From an uncultured bacterium (GTDB lineage Bacteria > Fidelibacterota > Marinisomatia > Marinisomatales > JACNKV01), in assembly GCA_964422145.1 (NCBI GenBank), contig CAYQZV010000006.1:16426-80425 (forward strand): a stretch of 64,000 nt of DNA, given 5' to 3'. The notes beneath the pieces are model-generated. The model ran no database searches and was not told the DNA's origin. It saw nothing but the letters and a program-made list of their open reading frames with translations. The stretch's first letter is position 1; each line of letters opens with the position of its first letter. Positions 28,290-38,015 of this stretch are shown here, piece by piece. Made by a program: the position numbers and the translations under genes.

Positions 28290-29045
28290 ATGAAGAGTTG
28301 TGGACGTTTTAACAAGAAAATGGAAAAGGTTACCATGAAACAAATACTTATCGTTATAATTGTGCTCGGTATGATGGCATGTTCAGATACATCAGACAGC
28401 AATATAGGCAAGCCTGTTAGTTTAGAGACAAAAAAAGATTCTGTCAGCTACAGTATCGGTTATGATGTCGGAAGAAGTTTTAATGTTCAGGCTGTTGAAA
28501 TTGAACCGGATGTATTCGCTCAAGGATTCTCCGATGCCTATTTGAAAAATGAAACTCCGCTTACCGAATCTCAAATGAGAGAGATCAGCATTGCGTATCA
28601 AGCGGAGCATCGTGAAAAACAAGAAAAGATGAACCGGATAAAAGCAGATGTAAATAAAAAAGCCGGTGAAGAATTTTTAGCCGAAAACGGAAAAAAAGAA
28701 GGGGTGCAAACAACAGAAAGCGGACTTCAATATAAAGTGATTACCGAAGGAAGCGGACCTGTCCCAACCAATAAAGACAGAGTAAAAGTCCATTACACCG
28801 GTAGATTATTGGATGATACGGTATTTGACAGCTCAGTTGAGCGCGGTGAACCTGCAACATTTGGTGTAAGGCAAGTGATCAAAGGCTGGAGCGAAGCTCT
28901 GCAGCTGATGTCCGTTGGATCAAAATGGGAATTATATATTCCGTCTGATTTGGCTTACGGTGCAAGAGGTCCGAACCCAACTATCGGCCCGAACAGCACA
29001 TTGTTATTTGAAGTCGAGCTGCTGGAGATTGTCGAAGAAAAATGA
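28290..29045 (+). CDS. FKBP-type peptidyl-prolyl isomerase lipoprotein (FkpA/Mip-like)
   Basis: GLQYKVITEGSG..P...D.VKVHYTGRLLDDTVFDSS..RGEPATFGVRQVIKGWSEALQLM..GSKWELYIPSDLAYG. Probable true start is Met 28335 (MKQILIVIIVLGMMAC lipobox). Confidence 0.9.
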   Translation: MKSCGRFNKKMEKVTMKQILIVIIVLGMMACSDTSDSNIGKPVSLETKKDSVSYSIGYDVGRSFNVQAVEIEPDVFAQGFSDAYLKNETPLTESQMREISIAYQAEHREKQEKMNRIKADVNKKAGEEFLAENGKKEGVQTTESGLQYKVITEGSGPVPTNKDRVKVHYTGRLLDDTVFDSSVERGEPATFGVRQVIKGWSEALQLMSVGSKWELYIPSDLAYGARGPNPTIGPNSTLLFEVELLEIVEEK

Positions 29046-29245
29046 AGCACGGCGTCGTAAAAGAATACGATCGATCAAAAGGATTTGGATTCATCAGCAG
29101 TGATGACGGTGATGATTATTTCGTCCATGTTAGCGGACTGCGTCAACACTTGCAGAACCGTGGACTGAGAACAGGTCAGAGAGTTGTATTCGACGTCGAC
29201 TTTGGGATGCGGGGAGATAAAGCGATTAATGTTCGCACCGAATGA
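29042..29245 (+). CDS. Cold-shock domain protein
   Basis: GVVKEYDRSKGFGFISSDDGDDYFVHVSGL contains RNP1/RNP2-like motifs. 67 aa. Confidence 0.85.
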   Translation: MKHGVVKEYDRSKGFGFISSDDGDDYFVHVSGLRQHLQNRGLRTGQRVVFDVDFGMRGDKAINVRTE

Positions 29246-29849
29246 CAAAACTCCCTCTGTGGTTGTTGCCACACACAACCCTGATAAATTAGCAGAGATG
29301 CGGGAAATTCTCCAGGATTTTGATTTACACTTGATATCATTGGAAAATTTCCCGCAGATCGGATCGATTGATGAAACCGGAACTACGCTCGAAGAAAATT
29401 CAATGATCAAAGCTAAAACCGTGCATCAGGTTACCCACTTACCTGTGATTGCCGATGATACCGGACTCGAAGTGGATGCGCTGAATGGGGCTCCGGGAGT
29501 TTATACCGGACGATATGCAGGAGAAAACGCAACCTATTCAGATAATATCATAAAATTACTTTCTGATTTAAAAGATATCTCTGATGAACAGAGAACGGCG
29601 AGATTCAGAACCGTTGTAACCTATCTCGATGAAAGGACGGAACTTCAAGCAGAAGGATGTGTTCAAGGAGTTATTACCGACCGCATGAGGGGCGACGGAG
29701 GGTTTGGCTATGATCCGATTTTCTTTGTCCCCGAGTTAAATAAGACATTTGCTGAGATGGAAGACAGAGAAAAAAACGCAATAAGTCATCGTGGACTTGC
29801 ACTGCAAAATCTTCGTAAACTTCTCAGAGATACTTTTGAACAAGACTAA
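29229..29849 (+). CDS. rdgB: Non-canonical purine NTP pyrophosphatase (RdgB/HAM1 family)
   Basis: VVATHNPDKLAEM...DDTGLEVDALNGAPGVYTGRYAG...GFGYDPIFFVPE..KTFAEM...KNAISHRGLAL. Met at 29229; the track start at 29184 lies in the csp gene. Confidence 0.9.
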   Translation: MFAPNDKTPSVVVATHNPDKLAEMREILQDFDLHLISLENFPQIGSIDETGTTLEENSMIKAKTVHQVTHLPVIADDTGLEVDALNGAPGVYTGRYAGENATYSDNIIKLLSDLKDISDEQRTARFRTVVTYLDERTELQAEGCVQGVITDRMRGDGGFGYDPIFFVPELNKTFAEMEDREKNAISHRGLALQNLRKLLRDTFEQD

Positions 29850-29927
29850 AGGAGATTTATCGAGACCAACGGCTAACAGACGTGTGACATAATCGCACAA
29901 AAATCAATTTTAAAAATAGGATATCCT

Positions 29928-32900
29928 TTGAAAATAAGGCAGTTGGTCAAAAATGCCATTTGGTTGGCATGGTGCAGCATTTTGCTGTCCCAATCCTCTA
30001 CGCCGGGACAACACGTTCTGCCAGCGAGCTACGTGCCTTATTCTCCATACGTTGTTAGCGCGTTCCCCGACATTCCAAAACCGATTGGTGTCTATTTAGA
30101 CACGCTTCGAACTCCGCAAGGATGGCTCGACGTCACCTACGGCAGAAGGGTCATTGATTTAAGTATCGCTCCGGACTGGTCTTCCATTACTTTCTCCGAA
30201 ACTGTGGATGACCATATTCTCAGGATTCCGTTCTCAGCTTCCCTTGAATGGTATTTTCAAAAATCGTTGATGGTTAACCGTCACTTAAAGTTTATTGAAC
30301 ACGTTACTCAAACCAAACAATCCGGTAAAAAAGACAGCCGTCGACCATCCAATACCCTAGAAGTTGTTGGGGTTGATCTTGGAAAGTTAGGGAGAGCATC
30401 CCTGCGGGTGAGAGGGAATGTGAACATCTCCGGTAAAATGGTGTTTCAGGATCAGGAATTGGTCCGCTCCAGTATTAATCAAACTGAGAATACCCATATC
30501 GAATTTGATCAAAAACAAAACCTCAGCATCGAAGGAAAGATCGGAGATCGCATTACCGTATCAATGGATCAGGATTCCGAAAGAGATTTTGATTGGGAAA
30601 ATAATATCCGAATTCAATATGAAGGAAAAGAAGATGAGATTCTGCAGAGTTTTGAAGCCGGGAATATTTCTTTATCCCTGCCGTCTACTCAGTTTGTAAC
30701 ATTTTCAGGAAGCAATCAGGGATTGTTCGGATTAAAAGCCATTTCAAAATTAGGTCCGGTCGATATTACAACCATTGCTTCAGTCGAGCAGACAAAAAAA
30801 GAGCAGCAGAAATGGTCAGGTGGTGGACAGGCTGAAACACAAAGTATTGAAGATTATCAATATGTAAAAGATCAGTATTTCTTTGTACATGAATGGTACA
30901 GAAACGGGTTTGATTCAAATAGTAATGACTATCCAACCCCAACCCCGTTTACCATCGCTTCGTATTATCCTTTAGATGAGGAAGGGAATCATATCATCTA
31001 TGGGAATCGTCTTTTAATCAAAAATTTCGAACTCTATAAATTTGATAACTCCAATAATCCGGGTGCGGATGAAGGAACGGCTTATGCGGGGAACCCGCCC
31101 GAAGATATATCGGAGTGGAGTGATCCGAACCCAAATTACAGTAAACCAGGGAGCTATCTTAAGCTGGAGAGAAATTCTGACTATATTTTGTCTGAAGATC
31201 TAGGTTATATCCGGATGAAAAACAGAAGTCAGGAAGTATTAGCTTGTCATTTCACATTAGTACATAATGAAACGGGAGATACTGTGGTAACTGTCGGGCA
31301 CGGCATTACAGAAACAGATTCTCTTTTGGTTTTAAAAATGTTAAAACCTCAAAATAATTCCCCTTCTCATCCTGTATGGGATTTGATGTTCAAAAATATA
31401 TATTATTTAGGAGCATCCAATATTAATCCCGAAGGGTTTGCCGTTCGGTTGATGTATAATATGACATCTCCGATTCAGGACAGAAATGCAAACGGACCGT
31501 ACATCACTCAATTTGGCTTGGATATCGAGGATAAAGACGGAGGATCACAGCCGGATGAAATAGTTGATATTGAAAATGGAAATATTGTTAATTTGGCATC
31601 TGGAGAACTGCATTTCCCCGCATTACATCCTTTTGTTTCTATTGATTCTCTTGAGGGGGGGGCAACGAACTCCCTATTAAACGATCAGCTTGGCTCAGGA
31701 GTAATGTACGAATCATCCAATATGACTAATATCCGGGCTGACAGCCGGTTTACGATCGAGGTTGATTATACCAATGTCAGTTCAACGATCAATTTGGGAT
31801 TTATGCTGGTAGAAGGCAGTGAGGAAGTTTTTGTTAATAACGCCAAGCAAGTCAGAGGGAAGGATTACCAGATTGATAATTTCTCCGGGACCATTGTTTT
31901 TTTAAATGATATTGATCCGAATGCCAATGTTGAGGTTAAATATGATAAGCACGAGTTGGTTTCTTTCGATAAAAAAGTGATTCTGGGAAGCCGCGCTCAA
32001 ATGGATTTAGGAAAAAACTCATTTATCGGCGCTACAGCATTATTCTTTAATCAATCAATCATGAATGAGAAAATTGAGATTGGATACGAACCGACACGGA
32101 ATTTCATTTGGGATATCAATGGCCGCTACGAATGGGATTTAGAAAATGTGACTCGGGCGATTAATAAACTGCCGATCATAAATACCGAGCAAATGTCATC
32201 TTTTTCTATTGAAGGTGAAATAGCACAAGTGATCCCGAATCCCAATCCGATCAATAATCCGGAGACCGGAGATCCAAACGGAGTTGCTTTTATTGATGAT
32301 TTTGAAGGATCAAAACGGACCACTTCCCCGCCGATCCAAAGACGATATTGGAAAGCTTCCTCTGCTCCATTGGATTCTGTTACACTTGAACCGTTTCCAG
32401 AGATCAATCGTGCAGGAATGTATTGGTATAATCCGTTTACTCAAGTCCGTACAAAAGATATTTGGCCGAACCAGTCCACATCTGTACGCGCACAGAATGA
32501 GACCACAGATATCCTAGTTATGCATCAAAAAAAGCGATCCCATCAGGATGATATGGGTATCGCAAGTTCGGATGTTTGGTCAGGACTTACAACATCACTT
32601 TATTCCGGAGACTATGATCAGACAAGCAGTAAGTTTTTCGAAATATGGTTAAAAGGAACCGAAGGTAAGCTTGAAATTGATCTGGGAAAAATCAGTGAAG
32701 ACAAGAATGGGGACGGTAGATTAAACACAGAAGACAGACCTGAATCCGGATTGACACTTGGAAATGGTTTTTTAGAAGATGATGAAGATACAGGTCTGGA
32801 TGGGTGTTTTGATGATTATGAAAACGGATGGGGCGGTTGTTTAGATTCCCTGACTTATTCAGATTATTATAATTCAGGGGAGAGCCAAATCATTAATAGG

Positions 32901-35900
32901 TCTTCGGATGTTGATCAGAATGACCCGAATGGTGACAACTGGTATTATAACGAGGGGAGCACGGATTACAGTCATGTCAACGGAACCGAAGGTAACGGAA
33001 CCGGGAATAAGATCCAAGAAGGCGGAAAATATCCTGATACAGAAGATTTAGACAGATCGGGTTCAATTGATAAAGTGAATGACTATTTCAAGAAAAGTTT
33101 TTCAATTGACCCTAATCATCCTGATGCGATCGATTATCTTGCCGGAGAAACAATTAAAGACGGGACACCAACTGGATGGAAACTGTACCGAATTCCTTTA
33201 AGCCATTTCTCATTAGCTGACACATCTGTATCCGGCGGGATGGTCAATGACTGGACAGAGATTCACAACTTGCGTTTGGTCTGGTCCGATGTCGAAGACG
33301 GAGAGGCCCGATTGTCCATTGCAAAAATGGAGATCGTCGGAAATATTTGGACGGAGCTTGGTGTAGCAGATTCCGGAACGGTGAACTATGTGAAAGATGA
33401 CAGTGTCTTTGCGGTGACCGTGATCAATACGGAAGACAATGCAGATGTTTATACACCGCCTAAAGGGGTAAAAGGCGAATACGATCAAATCAATGAAATT
33501 CGGTCAAAAGAACAGTCACTTGTTTTAAAATTTGACAATCTTGGACCGGGTGAAAAAGCCGCTGCCAGAAATACAGAAATGTCCTTCGCGGGTGATCGGG
33601 CGAAAAGTTTTCTAATTTATGACCGACTGAAGATGTACGTCCATGGCAGCAGTGACAATGCAGGGTTTGATGATTCAGACATTGAATTTTTCATGCAGTT
33701 TGGACGCGGAGACAGTTATTATGAAATTTCTCAGCCTATCTATGACGGCTGGGATGAAGAGAAAGGCCGAAATTCGATTAATCTGGATTTAAACTGGCTG
33801 ACCAAACTAAAACTTCAAAATGAAGAGACAGTGACCAAATTCAGATCCACCGATGAATTTATCGATTCAAGTTATGTCAAACTTTATTATTTCACCGGAG
33901 CAGACAGCCAGCGGACGGGGAAACGAGTCAGAATCCAAGGGCAGCCGGCGATGAATAGACTTCAGTACATCAATGTAGGAATTCGGAACACCGCAGAGAC
34001 GGATATTTCCGGAGAAATATGGCTGGATGAACTCCGATTAAGCGGTGTGAAAAAAGATCGCGGTGTTGCAATGAGAATGGTATCAAAGTTTAATTTAGCG
34101 GATTTGGGGAATACCACAATCAGTTACAGTCGAAAGGATGCTGACTTTCATGTGCTTCAACAGCGGCTTGGCTCTAACCAAACCAGCGAAGATTTCCGGA
34201 TCAACTCAAGTTTTAAACTTCATAAGATTTTACCGAAATGGTTTAATGTATCCATCCCGCTTTCAACGTCATTCTCCAATGTGGTGAACCGACCGAAATA
34301 TTATCCGGACACAGATATCCTCACCGGAGAAACCCCGCCGGATTCGATTATTTCTAGATCACAAAGTCTGTCGTTTAATACCAGCATTAAGAAAAGTACG
34401 CCTTCTGAGAATCCATTGATCAAATATACGGTAGACCCGATCCAGGCAACGTTTAGTGCGAGTCAAACAGATCAGTCAAACACATCGTTTTCTAAGAATC
34501 AACAACAAACTTATACCGGGAAATTGAGCTATAGTGTATCCTTTGGAAAGGATAACTATATTCGACCCTTAAAATGGATGGAAAGAGTCCCGTGGGTTGG
34601 ATCGTCTTTAAGCGAATTTCAGTTTTATTATTTACCCAACGGACTGAACACCAGTATCGATTTCAGCGAAAAATTAGTTGAAAAACAGGCGAGAATTGGT
34701 GGGATCACACCGGATGATTATAATTTAGGTTTAAATCGAAGATTCAATCTGGATTATAAACCGTTAGATAATTTAAGCACTCAATACGGATACACATCTC
34801 AAAGTGATATGGATGAGTATCGGGGATATGCTTGGATGGCAATCCGGGATTTAGATCCGGGTGTTGTGACGTCAGAAAATGAAAATATGTCAGCTACATT
34901 TAACCCCAAGCTGGGCGAATGGTTTAAACCGACATTTAATTATTCGTCATCTTATTCTTGGAGCCAGTCCAAAGGAAGGGAAGATGATGGGGCTAATATA
35001 GGGTCACAGCTGTCTTTGTCGTCAAATCTGTCATTAAATATTACGAATATTTTTGAGTTAATTTATAAACCGCCGGCTTCATCTAGACGTACTGGAGGTG
35101 CCGGTCGCAGAGGTCGTGGAAATTTACAGAAAGACCCGGAACAGGAGGAAAAAGCAGAAACGAAAAAAGACAGTCCGTTTTTGACCTATATCCATACGTT
35201 AACCAAGAAAATTGATCCGATCAGCTTTACGTTTAAGCAAACCCGAAGTCAGCGAGGAAACGGCGTACTTGGAACCATCCCTGCCGGATATCGATATGGT
35301 TGGCTTGAAGATCATGGGCTGGCATATTCACCCAATGTCGGGACCAATATCGGGAGCTGGGATTTAAGTCGTGATTTAACACTCCGCTCGGGGATAAAAC
35401 CCATCAGTCGAGTCACCATTTCATTGAATTATGCTCAAAATGTCAGTACTTCACGCGGGGGAACCGGCATAGATTCTCGGTCCATCAATAGGGATTATGT
35501 CTCTTTTGGTGAAAAGATGGATAAAGGATTCCCCTTCTTTGGCTGGAGCTTGAGAATGAGCGGTTTGGAAAAATTACCTTTACTCAAATCATTTGCTCAA
35601 TCGGTTTCGATTGAACATGCTTACAGCGGGAAACAATCAGTCTCATGGAAGTTTGAAGGCGTTGAAGTATCCGGTATTAACTTCTTTGACATTAATAGTT
35701 TTATTGACCAAAACAAAACAGCGATGACAAAGTTATCGACAAACGCTAATTTTTCTCCATTGGTTGCGGTGACATTAAGGACACTTAAAGGAGTATCGAT
35801 TTCTGTACGACAGAATTATAACCGATCTTTGGATGCTGTTCAAACTGGATTGTCCATTCGAACCGATAAAGCATTGAATGCCAGCGTAGGGTATAATCTG

Positions 35901-36200
35901 AGTGGCGGATTTACCATCCCGTTACCGTTTATAGAGAATTGGGAAGTAGATAATTCCATGGGATTCACGCTAAACTTGGATATGAATGAAAGCCGAACCA
36001 TGGCGACCAAAGACAACAACACACTTTCACCAAAGGAATTTAATACGGGGTGGACTGTCGGAGCTCGGGTTTCATATTCGTTTACCAGTAAAGTCAGCGG
36101 CGGAATTCGATATGAATACCGGGAAAGTGACTCGAAAACGATGGGACATAAAGTCGATCGGGATTTCGGTTTTGATGTAAATATTGCCATCAGCGGATAG
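29928..36200 (+). CDS. sprA: T9SS translocon SprA (cell-surface protein SprA family)
   Basis: 2090-aa beta-rich secreted protein (signal ..ILLS|QSST) of the size and composition of SprA/Sov. It is followed by T9SS-associated genes (glutaminyl cyclase-like, cargo with sorting domain, PorV/PorQ-like barrels). The call rests on recognition of the family, not on a search. Confidence 0.8.
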   Translation: MKIRQLVKNAIWLAWCSILLSQSSTPGQHVLPASYVPYSPYVVSAFPDIPKPIGVYLDTLRTPQGWLDVTYGRRVIDLSIAPDWSSITFSETVDDHILRIPFSASLEWYFQKSLMVNRHLKFIEHVTQTKQSGKKDSRRPSNTLEVVGVDLGKLGRASLRVRGNVNISGKMVFQDQELVRSSINQTENTHIEFDQKQNLSIEGKIGDRITVSMDQDSERDFDWENNIRIQYEGKEDEILQSFEAGNISLSLPSTQFVTFSGSNQGLFGLKAISKLGPVDITTIASVEQTKKEQQKWSGGGQAETQSIEDYQYVKDQYFFVHEWYRNGFDSNSNDYPTPTPFTIASYYPLDEEGNHIIYGNRLLIKNFELYKFDNSNNPGADEGTAYAGNPPEDISEWSDPNPNYSKPGSYLKLERNSDYILSEDLGYIRMKNRSQEVLACHFTLVHNETGDTVVTVGHGITETDSLLVLKMLKPQNNSPSHPVWDLMFKNIYYLGASNINPEGFAVRLMYNMTSPIQDRNANGPYITQFGLDIEDKDGGSQPDEIVDIENGNIVNLASGELHFPALHPFVSIDSLEGGATNSLLNDQLGSGVMYESSNMTNIRADSRFTIEVDYTNVSSTINLGFMLVEGSEEVFVNNAKQVRGKDYQIDNFSGTIVFLNDIDPNANVEVKYDKHELVSFDKKVILGSRAQMDLGKNSFIGATALFFNQSIMNEKIEIGYEPTRNFIWDINGRYEWDLENVTRAINKLPIINTEQMSSFSIEGEIAQVIPNPNPINNPETGDPNGVAFIDDFEGSKRTTSPPIQRRYWKASSAPLDSVTLEPFPEINRAGMYWYNPFTQVRTKDIWPNQSTSVRAQNETTDILVMHQKKRSHQDDMGIASSDVWSGLTTSLYSGDYDQTSSKFFEIWLKGTEGKLEIDLGKISEDKNGDGRLNTEDRPESGLTLGNGFLEDDEDTGLDGCFDDYENGWGGCLDSLTYSDYYNSGESQIINRSSDVDQNDPNGDNWYYNEGSTDYSHVNGTEGNGTGNKIQEGGKYPDTEDLDRSGSIDKVNDYFKKSFSIDPNHPDAIDYLAGETIKDGTPTGWKLYRIPLSHFSLADTSVSGGMVNDWTEIHNLRLVWSDVEDGEARLSIAKMEIVGNIWTELGVADSGTVNYVKDDSVFAVTVINTEDNADVYTPPKGVKGEYDQINEIRSKEQSLVLKFDNLGPGEKAAARNTEMSFAGDRAKSFLIYDRLKMYVHGSSDNAGFDDSDIEFFMQFGRGDSYYEISQPIYDGWDEEKGRNSINLDLNWLTKLKLQNEETVTKFRSTDEFIDSSYVKLYYFTGADSQRTGKRVRIQGQPAMNRLQYINVGIRNTAETDISGEIWLDELRLSGVKKDRGVAMRMVSKFNLADLGNTTISYSRKDADFHVLQQRLGSNQTSEDFRINSSFKLHKILPKWFNVSIPLSTSFSNVVNRPKYYPDTDILTGETPPDSIISRSQSLSFNTSIKKSTPSENPLIKYTVDPIQATFSASQTDQSNTSFSKNQQQTYTGKLSYSVSFGKDNYIRPLKWMERVPWVGSSLSEFQFYYLPNGLNTSIDFSEKLVEKQARIGGITPDDYNLGLNRRFNLDYKPLDNLSTQYGYTSQSDMDEYRGYAWMAIRDLDPGVVTSENENMSATFNPKLGEWFKPTFNYSSSYSWSQSKGREDDGANIGSQLSLSSNLSLNITNIFELIYKPPASSRRTGGAGRRGRGNLQKDPEQEEKAETKKDSPFLTYIHTLTKKIDPISFTFKQTRSQRGNGVLGTIPAGYRYGWLEDHGLAYSPNVGTNIGSWDLSRDLTLRSGIKPISRVTISLNYAQNVSTSRGGTGIDSRSINRDYVSFGEKMDKGFPFFGWSLRMSGLEKLPLLKSFAQSVSIEHAYSGKQSVSWKFEGVEVSGINFFDINSFIDQNKTAMTKLSTNANFSPLVAVTLRTLKGVSISVRQNYNRSLDAVQTGLSIRTDKALNASVGYNLSGGFTIPLPFIENWEVDNSMGFTLNLDMNESRTMATKDNNTLSPKEFNTGWTVGARVSYSFTSKVSGGIRYEYRESDSKTMGHKVDRDFGFDVNIAISG

Positions 36201-36221
36201 TTCGATATCAATTAAGTCTTT

Positions 36222-37139
36222 ATGATTAAACCAATTTACAAACTGAGCCTTTTTATTTTCCTGCTCGCGGCATGCGAACCGAGTATTCCGGAATTTTCGG
36301 GTGATATGGCCTTTCAGTTTTTGGAACAGCAATGTGCATTTGGACCAAGAAACCCCGGGTCTGAAGGCTACACAGTCTGCAAAGAATATTATCTTCAGAA
36401 ACTTCAAGCCGTTGCGGATACTGTGTTCACTCAAACATTCACATATACCGAAACGCGTACTGGGCAAACTTACTCATTGACAAATATCATCGCACAATTT
36501 CAGCCGAAAGCAGAAAAACAGATTTTATTGGGTGCTCACTGGGACACTCGTCCCTGGGCAGATCGGGATTCGAATCCTGCTCGCAGGGAAGAACCGATTC
36601 TTGGTGCCAACGACGGCGCAAGCGGCGTGGCTGTGTTGTTGGAATGTGCTGAAGTCTTTCATCGCTATCCGCCACCGATTGGCGTGAGCCTTGTGCTATT
36701 TGACGGTGAGGATCTCGGGAAAGAAGGCAACCCAAAAAGTTATGCACAGGGGTCACGCTATTTTGCTGAAAACCTGCCCATCGCAAAACCTGAATCGGCG
36801 ATCATTCTGGATATGGTTGGGGACTCAGATCTGAGTATTCCGGTCGAACGGAACTCGATGCAGCAGAATCCGAATTTAGTCAAAGCACTATGGGATATCG
36901 CCGAAAAACAAAAACGCCCTGCATTTAAACATTGGCTGGGACGAACTGTGTATGATGATCATATACCGCTTTGGGAGGTTGCAGGAATCCCTGCAATTGA
37001 TATTATTGATTTTGATTATCCGAATCGGTATGGAAACTATTGGCATACACATCAGGACACACCCGATCATTGCTCGGCATCCAGTTTGGAGCAAGTCGGG
37101 GCGGTGGTCATCGAATATATTTATACAATAAATCAGTAG
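36222..37139 (+). CDS. Glutaminyl-peptide cyclotransferase-like lipoprotein (M28 peptidase fold)
   Basis: Lipobox FLLAACEP. LLGAHWDTRPWADRD...GANDGASGVAVLLE...LVLFDGEDLG...YWHTHQDT has M28/QC-type metal ligands. Confidence 0.75.
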   Translation: MIKPIYKLSLFIFLLAACEPSIPEFSGDMAFQFLEQQCAFGPRNPGSEGYTVCKEYYLQKLQAVADTVFTQTFTYTETRTGQTYSLTNIIAQFQPKAEKQILLGAHWDTRPWADRDSNPARREEPILGANDGASGVAVLLECAEVFHRYPPPIGVSLVLFDGEDLGKEGNPKSYAQGSRYFAENLPIAKPESAIILDMVGDSDLSIPVERNSMQQNPNLVKALWDIAEKQKRPAFKHWLGRTVYDDHIPLWEVAGIPAIDIIDFDYPNRYGNYWHTHQDTPDHCSASSLEQVGAVVIEYIYTINQ

Positions 37140-37217
37140 GAAAATTCGGTGATAAATTATTATTCAAAACAAAAACGAAGGATTGAATTGATACAACACT
37201 ATTCATATTTTCCATAC

Positions 37218-38015
37218 ATGAGGAACTTACTATTATTCATATTTGTGCTTGTCTTTATAGGATGCCCATCAAAAGACACTCCGGAACAGTTATGGTTCTG
37301 TGAAACCCAATTTGAGTTTCTACAATCAACTCAAGAATTATATTTTGAAGTTTATGCGGCTTCAACCTTTCAGGGATCGTCTCTTTCAGGAGTAGATATC
37401 CTATGGTATTGTACATCATTGGATAATGAACCGGATACGATCAGCCTGAATGATAGCGGACAATTTGGCGATATTTTACCCGGAGACGGTCATTTCGCAG
37501 TGAAAGTCTCTAATGATTCAACCGTATTGAAAAACAGCATTACACCGTCGACAATTGGAACGGTATATCTCGATGTTATCACCCAATATGGCACTTTACA
37601 GAATTTGAATAATGAATCATATCAATTAGGGAATATCCGCCCTTCAATTCTCAGTGTCTCATTCCCGGATACATTGCCAAGACCTTCACAACCTCAAACC
37701 TATGTTGTGGATACAATCAAAGTGATGGTTCATGATGCGAACGGTCTGAATGACCTTCAATCATGTTTTCTGTTATTCCAGAAACCGGACTCAACTTGGG
37801 CGAATAATGGGAATCCGATTTCACTGTATGATGACGGAGTGAAAAACCAGCAGATGTTTTTATGGGATGATTATTCATCTGACGGAATTTATTCACGGCT
37901 GATCACGATCGGGAGTGACAATCCACTGGGGACATATAGAGCCGAATTTTATGTTAAAGATCAATCCGGTGAATATGGTGAAGTTGTGGTCAAAACTTTG
38001 GAGGTGGTTGAATGA
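37218..38015 (+). CDS. Hypothetical lipoprotein
   Basis: MRNLLLFIFVLVFIGC lipobox at Met 37218 (track GTG at 37149). Ig-like beta-rich sequence. Its stop overlaps the next start (ATGA). Confidence 0.4.
   Translation: MRNLLLFIFVLVFIGCPSKDTPEQLWFCETQFEFLQSTQELYFEVYAASTFQGSSLSGVDILWYCTSLDNEPDTISLNDSGQFGDILPGDGHFAVKVSNDSTVLKNSITPSTIGTVYLDVITQYGTLQNLNNESYQLGNIRPSILSVSFPDTLPRPSQPQTYVVDTIKVMVHDANGLNDLQSCFLLFQKPDSTWANNGNPISLYDDGVKNQQMFLWDDYSSDGIYSRLITIGSDNPLGTYRAEFYVKDQSGEYGEVVVKTLEVVE

Noticed and set aside
28290-29045. FKBP isomerase as the peptidyl-prolyl isomerase partner of SprA
   Set aside because: It is separated from sprA by csp and rdgB. It is a generic periplasmic FkpA/Mip-type lipoprotein, and the isomerase type in characterised SprA complexes is not something I can match from sequence here.
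29184-29228. Track start of rdgB at 29184 inside the cold-shock gene
   Set aside because: The 15 extra codons are an alternate-frame read of csp. Family homology (VVATHNP..) begins right after Met 29229.
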